This document shows, one piece after another, positions 59,401-64,000 of a DNA stretch of 64,000 nucleotides. The stretch's first letter is position 1, and each line of letters begins with the position of its first letter. Source of the stretch: Phoronis australis (Eukaryota; Animalia; Phoronida); assembly GCA_002633005.1 (NCBI GenBank), contig NMRA01000323.1, positions 443,997-507,996 on the forward strand, given 5' to 3'. Below the pieces are notes generated by a model, which was given only the letters and a program-made list of their open reading frames with translations, had not been told where the DNA came from and ran no database searches. Made by a program: the position numbers and the translations under genes.

Positions 59401-61465
59401 GCGGATGGATAACCGACCATCCGGTCGTGAACAGTGTCCGTTTGTATTCTGGTTCGTTGTTGGTTGCCGGTGTTGCCAGCATGCTACTTCCCTTTGTCTC
59501 CAGTTTTGCTGCTCATGCGACATGCTGCACGTTGTTTGGCTTGTGTATGGGTGAGTTTCCGATACAATCTGTTGTAAATAGGCTAAAGAAGAATACGCTG
59601 TCAAAAATATCCATTTTCAAAAGTCAACAGGCTTACAACTGCACGACAAGCAAAAGACACCATAAGGTCTGAGGTGTTTTTAAGGTTATATTCGATGTTA
59701 TCGACACGAATGTGCATGTAGCCCAATAATATATAAGTTAAGAGTGTAAAATTATAAATTTTGAAAGTAGAATGCAATTGTTGCGTATGTAGGCAGGAAA
59801 TTTCCGTGTAACTAAGTGTTATTAAAATAACATGGGTGCACCTAGAGGGGACTTGGGGGGCTCGAACGAGCTCCCCAATTAGGCGAATTGGGCTAAAAGG
59901 TCCGCCTCAATGAAACAAAAAGTCCGAGCAAACGAGACAAAGTCCACAAAGTCCACAAAGTCCACAGGCATTCGGCGCGGATGCAGAATTCGTAGGCCTG
60001 AACCTGGTGGGGCCCCAGTTTTTTCTTTTGTCCTCGTTGCTCTTTTTTCAGTGAAGGTCCGCATACAGAGAAATTCGAGCCCCCTATATTTTAGGCTGGA
60101 TGCGCGCATGAATAATACTAAACTAATTTGATAGTACTCTGAGAAAGTTAGTGTGTAGTATTCAATTCCATTTGCTGAAAGCATTAAACCTAGATAGACG
60201 ATAGCCGCGCCATATTAAAATTTAAATATCTGCCAGACGGCGATCAGGTCTTTGATGAGCTGGTCTTGGGCACCGCATACACATCCCATGTAATGCGGCG
60301 GACGGGAGGTTTCAATCTACTCGTATAAGCAGCGTTTTAACACCTTTGTTGTTTTCAAAGCGCCCGAAAATTTTCACTGTTGTACGGGCTTAGGTAAAAG
60401 GCCTAACCTCATGACATATCCACGGATGAAGGAAATTAGGTCCCATTCCCACTGTAATGAAGAGTCCGCGACTAAATAGTCAGCGACTGATAAAGCGGGG
60501 AAATTCCGATCACAGCCGATGTTAAAAAGCTAAAGTAAAATAGTGAGGGAATGGGAGGTGTTGAGAGTGGAATTTGACTACCTCTGTTTTTAAATCAATG
60601 AACTGCTGTGTGGCAGAGTAGTGAATTTGTGTCCGCGACCTTGACTTTTAATTCAAAATTAACGAAAGAGCACAATCTTTGCAACGGTATTAATAACATG
60701 ACCGAATTCGTTCATATAATGTTCAAGGTAGGTTACGTCATTGTGTCTTGCTTGCGAAGCTTTGCTCTGTGCTTGAACATCAGTAGCAATTTTGCAACGT
60801 ATTTAAAAATCGACTGGTGTTTCTTCTTTCTCCACAGCCTTCTATGTATCTCTGCGTACAATTATACTCGTCGACGTCTTGGGAATCGACAAGCTCACGA
60901 ATAGTTTTGGAATACTCGCGACATTTCAAGGTTTTGGATCTTTTGCAGCGCCTCCTATTGCAGGTTTGTATAACTTGGTCATCCGTGATTTTAAATGATT
61001 GGGTAGAATAAACAAACTATCACAAAGTAGTAGTAAACTGTTCAACAAGCAAATTTTCCATATACATTCTTGGTTTGACCCCACATTTAAAAGGAGATAC
61101 AATTTTTCTATTGTTAACGATTTGCCACGCGACCGAAAAACTTTGTTTGCGTCAGTTTGACAATGGCAATAAGGCAAAATTATGATTAAGTGCCCGACTG
61201 CTAAATATCATTGAACTCAAAGAGGGCGCTGTGATATTCCAGGAAGTGGATATTGGCTCATCGACTGTCGTACAATTTTATTGCTCTTTTCACTTCAGGT
61301 TATCTACTGGACATCACCTCGTCTTTCATCACACCTTTTGTCTTGACCGGCGTCTGCTTTATGTTTGCCGGTTGCGTATGCATACCTCTGAAGACTCTTT
61401 CAGTCATACCCAAAGAAATTACGTCGCCAAGGACTTCAGAAGTCGTCAGGGACATCATCACCTGA
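50297..61465 (+). CDS. Monocarboxylate transporter family protein (SLC16/MCT, MFS), 7 coding exons, exon 5 truncated by assembly join
   Basis: Exons 50297-50486, 54863-55006, 55237-55338, 58343-59068, <59359-59550, 60838-60963, 61299-61465, all phase 1. MCT motifs: DSSYSWVV (DGGWGW-like), GPFVSVLVNRYGCR, YFERRRALANG, GALYRP, RKDIFYSGS, GRIVCGWITD, LGIDKLTNSFG, APPIAGYLLD. Confidence 0.94.
53759..54812. mobile_element. Putative Kolobok-like non-autonomous element with nested MITEs
   Basis: TTAA|AGAGGCATGGAACACGAAAA ... TTTTGCGTTCCACGCCTGT|TCAA imperfect TIR with TTAA-like flanks. Confidence 0.55.
54239..54540. mobile_element. Two adjacent Harbinger-like MITEs
   Basis: 54239-54385 (GGGCTGGGTTG...CAACTGGGCCC) and about 54388-54540 (CGTTCAGTAACGCT...AGCGCTACTGAACG). 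Confidence 0.65.
54863..55006 (+). CDS. SLC16-like exon 2 (GPFVSVLVNRYGCRVV...YGVIG)
   Basis: cacAG / GTCAGT, 144 nt. Confidence 0.93.
55237..55338 (+). CDS. SLC16-like exon 3 (GIGMSMLYIPSVMVVILYFERRRALANGVAMCGA)
   Basis: ttacAG / GTAATT, 102 nt; found by manual translation. Confidence 0.93.
55888..56022. mobile_element. CAGTGGCGGAT-family MITE (short subfamily)
   Basis: CAGGGGCGGATCC ... AAATCCGTCACTG, GATGA 5-bp TSD. Confidence 0.8.
56593..57187. mobile_element. Inverted-repeat element with about 47-bp arms
   Basis: CTCGCTGGTTCCCTGCGTGCCGCTAGGTGGTA... / ...TACCACCTAGCGGCACGCAGGGAACCAACGAG; related fragments at 48237-48392. Confidence 0.75.
58343..59068 (+). CDS. SLC16-like exon 4 (TM5-6, large central loop, start of TM7)
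   Basis: tttcAG / GTACGT, 726 nt; within ORF 58330..59148. Confidence 0.9.
59359..59550 (+). CDS. SLC16-like exon 5, 5'-truncated (CCIGLSNIIGRIVCGWITD...LFGLCM)
   Basis: Starts immediately after the n at 59358 with no acceptor; GTGAGT donor. Confidence 0.85.
60838..60963 (+). CDS. SLC16-like exon 6 (AFYVSLRTIILVDVLGIDKLTNSFG...APPIA)
   Basis: ccacAG / GTTTGT, 126 nt. Confidence 0.92.
61299..61465 (+). CDS. SLC16-like terminal exon (GYLLDITSSFITPF...RDIIT*)
   Basis: cttcAG acceptor, TGA stop; AATAAA at 61665-61670. Confidence 0.9.
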
Positions 61466-63035
61466 TGCTGTCGTTTGCGCGTATAGGAATTTATCTCTGA
61501 ACCAAAAGCCTAGAAATTTGTTTCATTTAATCTCGTCTTACGCTCCACACACTATAATCGTAACATTAAAAGTTCCTACACGTACATGTACATGTATATC
61601 TCAAGAAATATCGCTTGACGCAGGACTCGTTCGGCGTCGTTCCTTTTGCTGTGGTGCTAAGCCCTAATAAACTGGCCTACTACCGAGGAGTATCAACCTG
61701 AACTCGTAGAAGAATAGAAGTCCTACGAAATTGTAGTTGTTCCTGAGGAAAGAACGCCATTCACATTAAAGAATGGAATTGCGATTTATAAGAAGTAAAC
61801 TCGCAAGGAAAGAACTGCGTTTATGAGAAAAGAACCAGATTAATGCAGAAGGCATGTGCGGGCTTGAAGCAAGGTTGCAAAATTGTGAAACTTGCGACAA
61901 TAAGGAACTTGGTAAAACGGTATTTCGGGGTTTTTTTCCTGTTGGGGGCACGCCCTTTTACCCTCATTAAATCTACTATCGGCGACTGTGTCGGAAAGAC
62001 CGCAGGCACTTGGACGGAGACGAACTGGTGTCGACCGGTAGGCGAAAGTGGATTTGACCGTAGGTTAAATTGATGGAGTTTTGCGAAATCGAATTGTTGA
62101 GCATGTCTGTCCCAGACCCAATAACTCTTACTGTGGGCACGTTATTTTCTGACCTGGAAAATGACAAAAGCTCTAGATTCGCATAATGTATGCCATTTAC
62201 CTAGAGACGGATTGAGTGAGCGCCCCTACTCCAGACAAGACTAAAAGAAATCGCCGCCGCTTTTATATGCCGAGTTACGCGTATACTTAGCTTCGAAAAT
62301 CACGATTGGAACAGCCTTTGCGAAACTTATTGTCAGTTCAACCCCAGCGTGATCCTCGAGTGTTCCAGTAGTTCACTACGGTTAGTGCGCGTGTTGGATG
62401 TCTACGATGGATGATCTGGCCTACGTTCTAGGTGGCGTTAGTCGACTCAATTCTGTAACGTATGTGTTACAGGGAACGTGGCTTCGTGATACGGATCCCA
62501 ATTTCATTGTTTCAGATCACTGCATCTAGGAGCGATTGAGTTTAAGCATAACATGTTCTGAGAAAAGTTGAAACATATATGCTGGGTAAAGTGAATGCGC
62601 TATTGCGTGTCAACATTATTGATTGACATAAGAAGCGCAATGATAGCATCGAATTTTAAGGGAGATAAATCGGTTTTACGGCCAAAAATGCATTATTTTG
62701 GAGATTTTCTTAGATAGGATAGACTTCAACCTTCCAGTTATTAGCTTTGACCAGAGCAAGACTTCAAAATCCTACGAGTTCTTGGGACTTTCGTACAAAT
62801 CACCAATTCTCACCGCTGTCTGACAACCATTCGCTGAAATCGAGGCCTATGGCTCTACTAGTCACTGTGCGCTTAAAGCGCGGCCACTTATCAGATGGGG
62901 CTTAACTCCGTCAACAAAGCGTTGGAATGTGTCTGTTCAGGTTATGAATTCGATTCTGTGTTGGTGTTGATTTCAGAAAACCACTTCTCTCGCCCATTAT
63001 ATATTTTTAAAGTAAACAGTTTCTATTTTACATAG

Positions 63036-63335
63036 CAGTGGCGGATCTAGGATACCATAAGGAGGGTGGCAACACGTTGACTCGGGGAATTGGGCAAAGC
63101 GCGATTGTATTTGTTGTATTTGCACAGGCGGCTCGAAAGTTCCGGGGCAGGGGATGTGGACCTTCCGTTCAGAAACTCTATCACGATTCCGCCGCGACCT
63201 GGGGTCTGAACCCCCCACTTCCGCTACCGGTCCTAGTTACTGAACTCAATATTTCCTCACGCTTCGCGCTGTTGCTGTTTCATTTTGCTTGTGGCAGCCA
63301 AGGGTAGTGGGCTGCCCCCCCTAAATCCGTCTGTG
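63036..63335. mobile_element. CAGTGGCGGAT-family MITE
   Basis: TIRs plus CATAG 5-bp TSD. Confidence 0.85.
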
Positions 63336-64000
63336 CATAGAGCGTTCGTGGTGAACGAGAGAACAATGTGCAAATTGTAGGTTACATTTTACTATTGGGA
63401 GGCTTTGCTTTTGATGAGAATTACAGAAACCAGGCGGTATAGGCCTATACTGGTATTTTTACAGCTGAATTTAAAAATCAAAATGTCACAATAACATCGG
63501 TGGATCCGTAAGTGTTATAAAAGTAATAAACCTAGACAAAACCTACTGTACCTAATGTATCTCAGTGCAATATGATCAGTACATGTATGCCTATTTACAA
63601 AATGTTTCATTCACTCCCGCCATCTGATCCACGTGTAGTGAAATGCTGAGCGTAGAATTATTGGCGTTGCACATTACGAAAAAAGATCCCCTTCTACGTA
63701 TAGACGTACCCGGCCGTACTCAAATGTTTACGAGACCTCTCTAGTATTCAGATTATACATATATACAAATACAAATACTTATAACTAAAGAGGAGGTCAA
63801 ATTTTTAGCGGAAGGGAATTAAGAGTCGGTTCCCATGGTGACACGTTGACGTACATGTAATCTAGATTCATTCGTTGGTATCCATTTTGTAAACGATCAT
63901 GTTTTGCCGTGGTTCAGACACGACAGTAGTATAGTAAGTTATTTAGACGCCCCGTTTTGCGGCTCCTCGGTCAAAGGTCATCTATGTGAAAGGAGGTCAC

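Overview
Eukaryotic (invertebrate animal, lophotrochozoan-like by composition; organism not identifiable with certainty) draft-assembly genomic DNA with spliceosomal GT-AG introns, one 352-nt N gap and six single-n joins. Four intron-containing protein genes can be reconstructed by hand: (1) the 5' part of importin-7 (12 coding exons, minus strand, 15040->500, continuing off the left edge); (2) a BTG3/BTG4-type APRO-family gene (minus, 22248->21175, about 233 aa) with a CRE/CCAAT promoter and a U-rich 3' UTR; (3) a 3-exon MS4A/CD20-like tetraspan gene with a very long C-terminal tail (minus, 37017->30599, about 514 aa); (4) an SLC16/monocarboxylate-transporter gene (plus, 50297->61465) with part of one exon lost at an assembly join. 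The rest is a dense mosaic of non-autonomous DNA transposons (Kolobok-type elements, hAT-like MITEs with 5- and 6-bp TSDs, Harbinger-like MITEs), tRNA-derived SINEs and microsatellites. Most notable: a Kolobok element carrying convergent THAP and P2X7-ballast-like pseudogenes, a triplicated splice acceptor in importin-7 whose extra copies lead straight to stop codons, and several candidate structured/box C/D-like RNAs in importin-7 introns (unverified). No prokaryotic systems, CRISPR arrays, rRNA or intact tRNA genes were seen.
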